Virus record (IMG/VR): IMGVR_UViG_3300016263_000689
Location: 1-35,696 of that record
DNA length: 35,696 nucleotides
Strand: one strand, 5' to 3'
DNA from: a virus
Lineage: Duplodnaviria > Caudoviricetes
Part shown: in pieces, positions 27,565 through 35,696 of the stretch
Layout: each line of letters starts with the position of its first letter
Position numbering within the stretch: position 1 is the first letter of the stretch
Position numbers and translations under genes: made by a program
Notes under the pieces: model-generated
What the model was told of the DNA's origin: nothing
The model's database searches: none
What the model saw: the letters and a program-made list of their open reading frames with translations, nothing else

Positions 27565-28320
27565 CTACTCGTCAAACAGGATCTCGACGTCCTCGGCGAC
27601 GTCCCACGGGACCACGCCGACGGCGTAACCGGGCCACGCGTTGCTGTCCTCGCACGCGCGGAGCTGCTCCCACCACAGCCGGTACTGTCGCCGACCGAGG
27701 TCAATCGCTTGCGGCGACGCCTGGTACACGACGACGCAGTACGGACGCGCCGTCTCGACCGCGACAATGTAATGGTCGGACACCCGTGCCTTGCCGGCGA
27801 GCCCGAGGAGGTCGCCGTACCACGCGAGCTGGGCGTGGTAGCCGCGCCACTGCGCGTCGCGCAAGAACTTTGCGGGCGCCGCGTTGCGACTCGTCTTGAG
27901 ATCGACGACGTGGCACGGCCCGTACGCGTCGGGGCGACCGACAATCGCGCGACCGTCCATCTCCGCGGTGATCCGCTCCTCGAGCTTGGTACCGTCGGTC
28001 AACAGCCGGTGCGCGTCAGCGTGCGCGAACACGGCGTCCGCGATGCCACGCGCCTCGTCCGACTCGCGCTGGTTGAGGATAACTTTGCCGGCGTGCTCGG
28101 TCTGGAACTCGTCCCACGCTTTGCCGTTGCGAACCTTGCCGGTGAACACAACAACCTGCGCGCCGCCCAGTAGCAGCGCATGGACGCCGCTACCGAGACG
28201 GAGCGCCAGCGAATCGCCGTCGTCGTGCGGCTCGAGCGCGTCCAAGTAGTGAGCGGGCGACTGCGCCAGCTTCTTGAGCGTGCTGAACCGCACCGGGACG
28301 GTGCGAGGGTCGACGGTCAT
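27565..28320 (-). CDS. PD-(D/E)XK exonuclease, RecE/exonuclease VIII-like
   Basis: ATG 28320; FSTLK...SPAHY, LGSGVHALLL, LEE, GRPD, VVDLKTS, YHAQLAWY, IVAVET..PY, WPGY. Confidence 0.88.
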   Translation of the reverse strand: MTVDPRTVPVRFSTLKKLAQSPAHYLDALEPHDDGDSLALRLGSGVHALLLGGAQVVVFTGKVRNGKAWDEFQTEHAGKVILNQRESDEARGIADAVFAHADAHRLLTDGTKLEERITAEMDGRAIVGRPDAYGPCHVVDLKTSRNAAPAKFLRDAQWRGYHAQLAWYGDLLGLAGKARVSDHYIVAVETARPYCVVVYQASPQAIDLGRRQYRLWWEQLRACEDSNAWPGYAVGVVPWDVAEDVEILFDE

Positions 28321-28694
28321 GGTTCCTCCTGCGGCGCCGGCGTCGTCACGGGCGCGTCGGGCTTGCGGTCCGGGACGGACGGACGGATACGGATGCACTC
28401 GACCGTCTCGCCGCCGAACGAGGTGGTCGTGGGGTAGAGGGTGACCCACTTGCCGATCCACGCCTTGACATCGGCGCCGTAGAGTTTCGCGAGGGTCGCG
28501 CCGTTCGTTTTGTTGACCGCGAGCTTCTTTGGCGACCCCTTGAACGTGATCATCGGCTTTTTTGCTTTCCGGCCATCCTTGCCGGTGATCGTCCCGGCTT
28601 CGACCTTTGCAATCTGCACAGCGACGTCCTTACCGTCGAGGTCATACGAAAACAGGAACTCCGACGCGTCAAACATGGACTTGTAGTGCGGCAT
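28317..28694 (-). CDS. Conserved phage protein, putative ssDNA-binding/annealing partner of the exonuclease
   Basis: FL...DL.GKDV.VQI..V...KKL.VNKTN...L..LYG....WIGK.VTLY......GG....CIRIR pattern; coupled to the exonuclease. Function inferred. Confidence 0.6.
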   Translation of the reverse strand: MPHYKSMFDASEFLFSYDLDGKDVAVQIAKVEAGTITGKDGRKAKKPMITFKGSPKKLAVNKTNGATLAKLYGADVKAWIGKWVTLYPTTTSFGGETVECIRIRPSVPDRKPDAPVTTPAPQEEP

Positions 28695-28882
28695 TAGTTG
28701 AGCTCCTCCGGTCGCCGCGTCGCCGCCGCGACCTCGTCTTGCAGCCGCGCGAGCTGCGCCCGCAGCGCCGCCGCCTCCGCGGTGTCGCGTCCCGCCGCGC
28801 CCAGCCGCAGCAACTGCGCCATCGCTTCGCCGATCGCGTCGAGCAACTCGGCAAGCGCCTCCGGTACGTCACGGCGCGTCAC
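28694..28882 (-). CDS. Hypothetical helical protein (62 aa)
   Basis: GTG 28882 overlaps the upstream TGA; its TAA overlaps the next ATG. Confidence 0.6.
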   Translation of the reverse strand: MTRRDVPEALAELLDAIGEAMAQLLRLGAAGRDTAEAAALRAQLARLQDEVAAATRRPEELN

Positions 28883-29187
28883 TTGTCGGCTCCATAGCGG
28901 TCGGCGTAGCAACGACGCAGCCGCTCGATCGCGTCGCGCACCGCGTTGACCAGCTCCGCAGGCGGTCCACCGGCGCGGACGTTCGATTCGCGCCACGCGT
29001 GGAGGTTTGCGACGGTCGTCGCGAGGTGTTGCGTCGCCGCGCCAAACGTAACTTCCTTGCCGGCGTCGGTCGACTCCATGTACAGCGCCTCAGCGGTCGC
29101 GGTTTCCGGCGTCGCGCCGGTCCCGTGCCACGTCTGGCCGTCGCACTCCAAGGTGCAACGCCACGTCTTGCGTTGGTGCCCGGTCAC
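28879..29187 (-). CDS. Hypothetical protein (102 aa)
   Basis: GTG 29187 after GGAGG, GTGA coupled. Confidence 0.6.
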   Translation of the reverse strand: MTGHQRKTWRCTLECDGQTWHGTGATPETATAEALYMESTDAGKEVTFGAATQHLATTVANLHAWRESNVRAGGPPAELVNAVRDAIERLRRCYADRYGADK

Positions 29188-29378
29188 AGGCCCGCCTCCT
29201 GCGTCGCAGCCCAGAACGCCTGCGCGAGGGTGCGCCCCGTCCCGAGGTACGCAGCGCCGTCGCGCTCGAGGATGACGTGCCACTGTCCGCGGACCTTCCA
29301 GCCCGTCGACTGGACGCGTGGCGTGTTGTTGGTGATGGTGATGTCGGTTTGGTTAGTGTGCGTGGAGTTGCCCAGCAT
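29184..29378 (-). CDS. Hypothetical protein, first gene of the leftward operon
   Basis: ATG 29378 (alternative GTG 29396); coupled to the next gene. Confidence 0.55.
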   Translation of the reverse strand: MLGNSTHTNQTDITITNNTPRVQSTGWKVRGQWHVILERDGAAYLGTGRTLAQAFWAATQEAGL

Positions 29379-29384
29379 GGTGCG

Positions 29385-29479
29385 TTCTATGCTCACGGTT
29401 CGTGGCGCGTGTCAAGTCTGCGTGCAACGTCCGCACGCGAAGGTTGACATACGCGGGCCGGTCGCGTAGCGGTAGCACC
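29385..29479. promoter_or_regulatory. Back-to-back divergent promoters with a central operator-like dyad
   Basis: TTGACA on minus (29415-10) and on plus (29444-49), with GCGTGC-N7-GCACGC (29420-29438) between them. The -10 boxes are weak (TAGCGG at 17 nt on plus). Confidence 0.65.
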
Positions 29480-29692
29480 ATGCCATCTCCCACCGACATC
29501 GTGTGGACCGCGTGGTCCCGCGCCCATCAGCGAGGGCTATCGTTCGCCGACCTCGCCGACCTCGCCGGCGTGCCGCTATCGCGATTCCAGTTGTCGCGCA
29601 AGCTCCGCGGCACCTCGCCGTGGCGGCTTGACGAGTTCCTCGCCGTCGCGCGTGCGCTCGGCGTCAGCGTCGTGGCGCGGAGGGCGCGGTGA
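29480..29692 (+). CDS. Cro-like XRE helix-turn-helix protein
   Basis: RGLSFADLADLAGVPLSRFQLSRKLRGTSPWRLDEFLAVARALGV; first gene of the rightward operon. Confidence 0.85.
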   Translation: MPSPTDIVWTAWSRAHQRGLSFADLADLAGVPLSRFQLSRKLRGTSPWRLDEFLAVARALGVSVVARRAR

Positions 29693-29817
29693 TCGTCTAC
29701 ACCTCGCTCGCTATCGCCGCGGGCGTCGCGACGCTGATCGTCGCGGACATCCTCGACGCGCTCCGCGAGCGCCGTGCCGAGCGGCTGCGGAGGAACGGGG
29801 TGGAGGGTCCGCTGTGA
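29689..29817 (+). CDS. Small membrane peptide (42 aa, not in the ORF track)
   Basis: MIVYTSLAIAAGVATLIVADILDALRERRAERLRRNGVEGPL; GTGA-coupled on both ends and fills the gap exactly. Confidence 0.6.
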   Translation: MIVYTSLAIAAGVATLIVADILDALRERRAERLRRNGVEGPL

Positions 29818-30116
29818 CGCCGAACGCTCTACTGGTGATCCTCGACGAACTCCGCGCCCTACGCGCCGAGGTCGCCGCACTGCGCGCCGAGCGCACCGGA
29901 CCGCCGGCGACACTCGAGGCGCTGGAGGAGTCGCTCGGACCGGGCGTCGCAATCGGCGACCGGGTGCTCGCGAGCGTACCGGGCGGGGACTACTACCTCG
30001 GCACGGTGACCCATATCAGCGAGGACGACCACGTCCAGGTCGATGGGCTCGAGCTGCTACCGGGACACGGCGGCGGGTGCAACGTGCGGCTCCGCGACGT
30101 CGAGGTGCTTAGGTGA
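29814..30116 (+). CDS. Coiled-coil plus Tudor/SH3-like barrel protein
   Basis: GTG 29814; LDELRALRAEVAALRAE, then VAIGDRVLASVPGGDYYLGTVTHISEDDHVQV. Confidence 0.6.
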   Translation: MTPNALLVILDELRALRAEVAALRAERTGPPATLEALEESLGPGVAIGDRVLASVPGGDYYLGTVTHISEDDHVQVDGLELLPGHGGGCNVRLRDVEVLR

Positions 30117-30784
30117 TCCCGCTCCGGTCGGACGCTGCGGGGCGTCCCTACCGCGCGACGTGCGCGCTCTGCGGCTGGCGAGATGCGACGCACCATGCCG
30201 CCGAGGACGAACGTCGATGGCCGTCCTGCGACCACTGCGCGACGCCACCGCCGCCGATGTCGCTTGAAGAGGCGTACCGCGTCGCGGGCGTTGCGCTGCC
30301 GCGCGAGTCCGCCAAGGCGTTGCAGCGGCAGATCGTCGAGACGCTCGCCCGCAAACCGGGCCTCACCGGCGCGGAGCTCGCCGCGGAGGTCGGGTACTAC
30401 TTGCCGTCCGGCAAGCACCTGGCAGCCGACGAACAGCGCCAGCTCTGGGCGTGGTGGCAAACGCTGCGCCGACTGGGACGCGGCAGCGTGATCCGGTCGG
30501 TGCAAGACGTGCCGGGGCTGCCGTCGCGCTACTACGCGGTCGTGCCGGGGCAGGTGATTCCATCGGCGAACCATGCGCGCAACATCGACCGCGCGATCGA
30601 CGTGCTCCGCGAGCGCCCGGGGTTGGTGCTCGCCGAGATTGCGGTCGCGCTCGGCGTCGAGAACGGGAAGAAGCTCGGCGAGGCGTTGACGAAGGCGACC
30701 GTCGCGGGACGGCTCACGCGGACGAAGGTACGCCGCAGCCGCAGCGCGCCGATCTGGGCTTACTTCGTCGCGGAGGGGGGCAAC
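30113..30784 (+). CDS. Zn-ribbon plus tandem winged-HTH region, in frame with the methyltransferase (no stop before 31777)
   Basis: CALCG...CDHC; IVETLARKPGLTGAELAAEVG and AIDVLRERPGLVLAEIAVALGV HTH-like segments. Confidence 0.6.
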
Positions 30785-31777
30785 GTGAGCGCGTATTACA
30801 ACGAGATCGACCCGTTTGCGGCGGGTTGGCTGCGCGAACTCGTCGCCGCAGGGCAGATTGCACCTGGCAGGGTCGACGACAGAAGCATCGTCGACGTTCG
30901 CGCCGAAGATCTACGAGGACAAGATGAGGCACACCTCTTCGCGGGCATCGGCGTGTGGTCTCGTGCGCTGCGAGATGCAAAATGGCCCACAGCTCGCGTT
31001 CCCATCTGGACCGGGAGCGCACCGTGCCAACCATTCAGCACTGCCGGCAGACAACGAGGAACCGACGACGAGCGCCACCTGTGGCCCGTGTGGTTCCGCT
31101 TGGTCGACGAGTGCCGGCCTCCAGTCATTGTTGGAGAGCAAGTCGCGAGCAAGCCTGCCCTCGCGTGGTACGACGCTCTATGCGCTGACTTGGAAGGAGC
31201 GGGTTACTCCGTCGGGGCGGTCGATATGTGCGCTGCGGGCCTCGGCGCTCCGCACATCCGGCAGCGACTATGGTGGGTCGCGGTCCGACGCGACTTCGAC
31301 CGGCTGGCCGACGCCGGTGGTTTCGGACGCCATCTCCAGTCGTCGGCACGGGTACACGGACGATGGACGGGAGCGAGCAGCGAAGAATCCGCAGCGCACG
31401 GAACTGACGGGACACAGCGGGACCACGATGCTGGATGCGGCATTGCTGACCGGCTGGCCGACGCCGGCAGCGACGGATCACAAGGGCGGGTATCAGGGGG
31501 GGCGTCTGCGGAACGGTCAATGGTCCGTGGATCGCCTCGACGTGGCGGCGCAACTGACGGGTCCCGCGCGACTGACGGTGCATGGCGAGATGCTGACTGG
31601 CTTCGCTGCCGCGATGGCAAGTGGCGGCCGGTTGAACCCGGCACATTCCCGCTGGCTCATGGGTCTGCCGCCAGAGTGGGACGCTTGCGCGGCTACGGTA
31701 ACGCTATCGCGCTCCCGGTCGCGACGTGGTGGGTGAGCACGGTCATGGACGTGCTGGGGCTGCGAGGTACGCAATGA
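30785..31777 (+). CDS. DNA (cytosine-5)-methyltransferase, main (alpha-like) polypeptide
   Basis: Starts at SAYYNEIDPFAA after GGAGGG; motif I LFAGIG, motif IV GSAPCQPFS, motif VI GEQV, motif VIII PHIRQR, motif X LRGYGNAI. Motif IX is absent in this frame. Confidence 0.9.
   Translation: MSAYYNEIDPFAAGWLRELVAAGQIAPGRVDDRSIVDVRAEDLRGQDEAHLFAGIGVWSRALRDAKWPTARVPIWTGSAPCQPFSTAGRQRGTDDERHLWPVWFRLVDECRPPVIVGEQVASKPALAWYDALCADLEGAGYSVGAVDMCAAGLGAPHIRQRLWWVAVRRDFDRLADAGGFGRHLQSSARVHGRWTGASSEESAAHGTDGTQRDHDAGCGIADRLADAGSDGSQGRVSGGASAERSMVRGSPRRGGATDGSRATDGAWRDADWLRCRDGKWRPVEPGTFPLAHGSAARVGRLRGYGNAIALPVATWWVSTVMDVLGLRGTQ
30975..31736 (+). CDS. Overlapping-frame methyltransferase second (beta-like) polypeptide
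   Basis: Alternative frame open from 30816 to 31736; two GWPTP repeats and RLNPAHSRWLMGLPPEW (motif IX-like). Start ATG 30975 is a guess. Confidence 0.7.
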   Translation: MQNGPQLAFPSGPGAHRANHSALPADNEEPTTSATCGPCGSAWSTSAGLQSLLESKSRASLPSRGTTLYALTWKERVTPSGRSICALRASALRTSGSDYGGSRSDATSTGWPTPVVSDAISSRRHGYTDDGRERAAKNPQRTELTGHSGTTMLDAALLTGWPTPAATDHKGGYQGGRLRNGQWSVDRLDVAAQLTGPARLTVHGEMLTGFAAAMASGGRLNPAHSRWLMGLPPEWDACAATVTLSRSRSRRGG

Positions 31778-32276
31778 GCTGGCTCCTCGCGTGGCTACTC
31801 GGTCACGGTCCGCTCGCTGACCAGCTTGAGCGCCGTCACGGTCTGCCGGCAGCGGTCGCACGCGAGCACGTCGCAGCGGCTCGCCTCGCCGCGGGCGGCG
31901 GGGTCAGCGCGGAGCTGCTGTTGGCGGTCGCGGACGTCGAGAGCCGCTACCACCCGGACAGCGTGTCGCGCGTCCACCGCGGGCGGCGCGTTACGGGACG
32001 CTGGCAAGCGACCACGCCGGCCGGCGACGGTCCGCGGTATTGCGGTCCGCTGCAAGCGCAAGCAGGACGCTCGTGGGAGCGATGCGTTGCGCTGCGCGAC
32101 GTGCGGCGCGGGTACCAGGCTGGCGCGGACGAGCTGCGCGAGTGGCTCCGGTGGACCGGCGACGTAGCCGCGGCGCTACGCGGTCACGGGTGCGGCTGGC
32201 GCGGGGTGCGCGGCAGGTGCCGAGGGTACGACCGGCGCGTGTTGCGGCGGGTGGAAAATTTCAAGGGAGGTGAATC

Positions 32277-32280
<4 letters not shown>
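31774..32280 (+). CDS. Lytic transglycosylase (SLT-like) domain protein
   Basis: VSAELLLAVADVESRYHP (catalytic ES), CGPLQ, AGADEL, DVAAALRGHGCG, YDRRVL. Confidence 0.7.
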
Positions 32281-33040
<760 letters not shown>

Positions 33041-33044
<4 letters not shown>

Positions 33045-34381
33045 GCACCGCGCTACCCAGTGACGTCGACCTCGAGCTGTCGATCCTTGGCGGCATCCTG
33101 ATCAAGCCGGACGTGTTGCGGACGCTGAACGCCGAGGTCGACGACTTTTACGACCCGCGGTGCCGAGCGGTGTTCGCGGCGATGCGGAATCTCGAGGCAC
33201 GCGGCGTCGCGATCGACGTGGTCCTCGTCGGCGACGAGTTGGACAAGGAGGGCAAGCTCGAGCCTATCGGCGGCTTCGCGTTCCTCGGCGAGTGCGGGCT
33301 GCGCGTGCCTACCGCCGACTCAGTCCACCATTACGCCGCGGCGCTGCGCCAGCATCGCATCTCGCGGCAAGCGGCGCTCGACCTCGCGGAGATTGTGCTG
33401 GAGATCCGTCAGCGTCGCGTGGCGGGCTCGGACGTCATCGCTCGGATTCGCGGAGTCCACGACAGCCTCGCGGAGTCGCAGCCGACGGTCACCAAGATCA
33501 CGATGGGCGAGGCGGCGCAGCGCGTGATGGAGCAAGCCGTCAAGATGCATGACCTCCGCGCCGCTGGGGTCGACGTCCACCCGGGCGTCCCGACCGGACT
33601 GAAAAAAATAGACCAGCTCCTCGGTGGGATACCGAAGGGGGTGCTCACGCTCGTCGCCGGCAGACCAGGCAACGGCAAGACGACCCTCATGCAGACGATC
33701 GCTCGCTACGTCGGGCGGTCGAACGATACGCCGCTGTTCTACTCGTACGAGGATTCGAACGAGAGCTTTGGGCAGCGCGAAATTGCGTCAGCCGTCGGCG
33801 TAGCAACCCATCGGCTTCGGGCGCTGGACTTTCACCGCGGCGAGTGGGAGCGGGTGACGCAGGAGGCGCCGAAGGTTTACCGGCGCCGCACCTGGCTCGT
33901 CCAGTCGTCGGGCCTGACCGTCGACAAGCTGTGCGCCGACGTTCGTCGAGAGCGCCAGCAAGCGAAGGACCGCGGCGAGCGGTGCGGCGGTCTGGTGATC
34001 GTCGACTACCTCCAGCGGATGCCAACCGCGGGCAAGGCTGAGTACCACCACGAACTCGGTCGGATCTGTAACGCCCTCGTCGACCTCGCCGCCACCGAGG
34101 GCATCGCGGTCATCGCTGGCTCGCAGCTCAATCGCAACCTCGAAAGCCGCGAGAGCAAGGTCCCGCAACTTAGCGACCTGAGAGACTCGGGACGGCTCGA
34201 GGAGTTGTCCAAGGTCGTGCTGGCAGTCTATCGTCCCGGCAAGTATGTTCCGACCGCAGACCCAGCGGAGTTACAGGTCCATATCCTGAAAAATCATCAG
34301 GGCGAGACAGGGTGCTTCGCCCGCCTCCACTGGAACCTTGAGACGCACCTGATCTCCGACGGGAGGGACCGCGATGCCTGA
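33041..34381 (+). CDS. dnaB: Replicative DNA helicase, DnaB family
   Basis: LPSDVDLELSILGGIL, DFYDPR, GVPTGLKKIDQLLGG, AGRPGNGKTT, VIVDYLQ, SQLNR, PQLSDLRDSGRLEE, ILKNHQGETG. Confidence 0.95.
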
Positions 34382-34604
34382 CCACGACGACGACGACGAG
34401 TGCGAGCTGCGCGGGCATATCGAGGTGGCGTCCGACGACGACGGCGAGCGATATGTCTACGTCCACCTCGAGGAGTTTCCCGGCGCCCTGATCAATTCGG
34501 ACAACGCCCGCACGCTGGCGCACGGGCTGCGTGAGATCGCCGACCTGCTGTGCTACCACGCGACCGACATTGACCTCCGCGCCGGACGGGCGGTGCCGTC
34601 GTGA
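34374..34604 (+). CDS. Acidic hypothetical protein
   Basis: 76 aa after GGAGGG; overlaps the dnaB stop; coupled to the next gene. Confidence 0.6.
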   Translation: MPDHDDDDECELRGHIEVASDDDGERYVYVHLEEFPGALINSDNARTLAHGLREIADLLCYHATDIDLRAGRAVPS

Positions 34605-34840
34605 GCCTTGCGGACTTCGACGGGCGGTTCTTGTCGCTTGGCGCCGACGAGCAACGCATCGTCCGGTGGGCGTTAGACCAGGTGCTCGCTGGGCTGGAGC
34701 GAGGGCGAGCGCAGTACGGTGAGCTTGTGCTCCGACAGGACCGCCGCGATTTTGCCCGGGAGGCGAGCGAGGAGTTGCGCGACGGGCTGATCTATCTCGC
34801 CGCTGCGGCGTTGAAGAAGTCGAGCCGGGGCAAGCCGTGA
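34601..34840 (+). CDS. Small helical protein, possible MazG-like NTP pyrophosphatase fold
   Basis: GRAQYG...RDFAREASEELRDGLIYL (ExxEExxD). Confidence 0.5.
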   Translation: MSLADFDGRFLSLGADEQRIVRWALDQVLAGLERGRAQYGELVLRQDRRDFAREASEELRDGLIYLAAAALKKSSRGKP

Positions 34841-35382
34841 CCCACTTCGTCGGAGTCGACCCTGGGCTCGCATGGTGCGGCGTCGCGCTCGTCGGACCGG
34901 ACGGCGAGCTCGTCGACGTCGGGGTATGGACGTCGGCGAAGGGGCATCGCGTCGGCGACGAACAACAGCGGCTGCTTGAGCTGCTCCGGTGGTTGCGCGT
35001 GCGGGTTCACGGCTGGACCGCGAACGTCGCGCTCTCGGCGGTCGCCGTCGAGTATCCGCTCGCTGGCGGTCGCAACGCAGGCGAGCAACGCGCCACCAAG
35101 GCGGCGAGCCTCAAACAAGTCGCGGTCGCCGCGGGCGGTGCGCTTGCGTTGCTCGGCGAGCTGACGCCGGCTCCCGTGTACGCGCCCGTCCCCGTGACGT
35201 GGCGGGCGGCGGTCAGCGGAACGAGGACGACAGGCAAGGTCATCCAGGCCGAACTGGACGCGGACTATCGCGTCTCTGAGCGCGTCGGCAAGACGCGCGC
35301 CCCGCACGCGCTGGATGCACTGGGGCTGGCGCTGTATGCGCGTCGGACGTGGGCGACGCAGGCGCTGCGGGATGACCGTTGA
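34837..35382 (+). CDS. RuvC-like Holliday junction resolvase
   Basis: FVGVDPGLAWCGVALV, VAVEYP, PVTWR, HALDALGLAL. Confidence 0.8.
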   Translation: MTHFVGVDPGLAWCGVALVGPDGELVDVGVWTSAKGHRVGDEQQRLLELLRWLRVRVHGWTANVALSAVAVEYPLAGGRNAGEQRATKAASLKQVAVAAGGALALLGELTPAPVYAPVPVTWRAAVSGTRTTGKVIQAELDADYRVSERVGKTRAPHALDALGLALYARRTWATQALRDDR

Positions 35383-35584
35383 GTGGCCCACGCGGTGGGT
35401 GCGTCGCTGGGCCGAGGACCTCGGCGCAGAGACTGCGATAGACGCCGACGCGCTCGGCCACGAGCTGGGCGAGCGCCTCGCGGTCGCGCTGGATGGCGGG
35501 CTACCGCTCGAGGCGGCGCAGGACCGCGCGCTCGCGGATGTGCGGCGATGGGCGAGGCGCCGGGCTGGCGTGCTCGACCTGTAG
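35372..35584 (+). CDS. Hypothetical protein (70 aa)
   Basis: ATG 35372; ERLAVALDGGLPLEAAQDRA resembles a small ERxAI..DGGL motif seen in phage proteins. Confidence 0.55.
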   Translation: MTVEWPTRWVRRWAEDLGAETAIDADALGHELGERLAVALDGGLPLEAAQDRALADVRRWARRRAGVLDL

Positions 35585-35696
35585 CGGGCGGCGCGCGATA
35601 CGCGCTCGCGAAGTGCGCGTAACGGTTGGGGTATTGCGTAAGTATGCGAAACCCCACGGTGACAAAATCCGACGCGGGGTCGCGGTCATATTTGTG

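Overview
GC-rich (roughly 70% by eye), probably near-complete genome of a tailed dsDNA phage with siphovirus-like gene order. Left to right: two minus-strand genes (XRE-HTH, neck-like), then a rightward late operon: terminase, portal, scaffold, major capsid, head-tail, tail tube, frameshifted tail chaperones, tape measure, Dit/hub, fibre-like genes, holin-like genes and an amidase endolysin. A leftward early operon follows (small ORFs, PD-(D/E)XK exonuclease, SSB), then a divergent promoter region with a Cro-like gene and a rightward module (C5 DNA methyltransferase with an overlapping second frame, SLT, replication initiator, DnaB, RuvC-like). I saw no integrase or CI repressor. The stand-out element is in the early operon: a stand-alone Cas7/RAMP-like gene (26467-27126, minus) followed directly by a non-coding array of two units. 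Each unit is built of GGY-NN pentamers and closed by the same 20-nt tail. This is a candidate phage-encoded RNA-guided system with a non-contiguous guide code (VIPR-like, from my recollection). All calls are by-eye motif reading; no searches were run.
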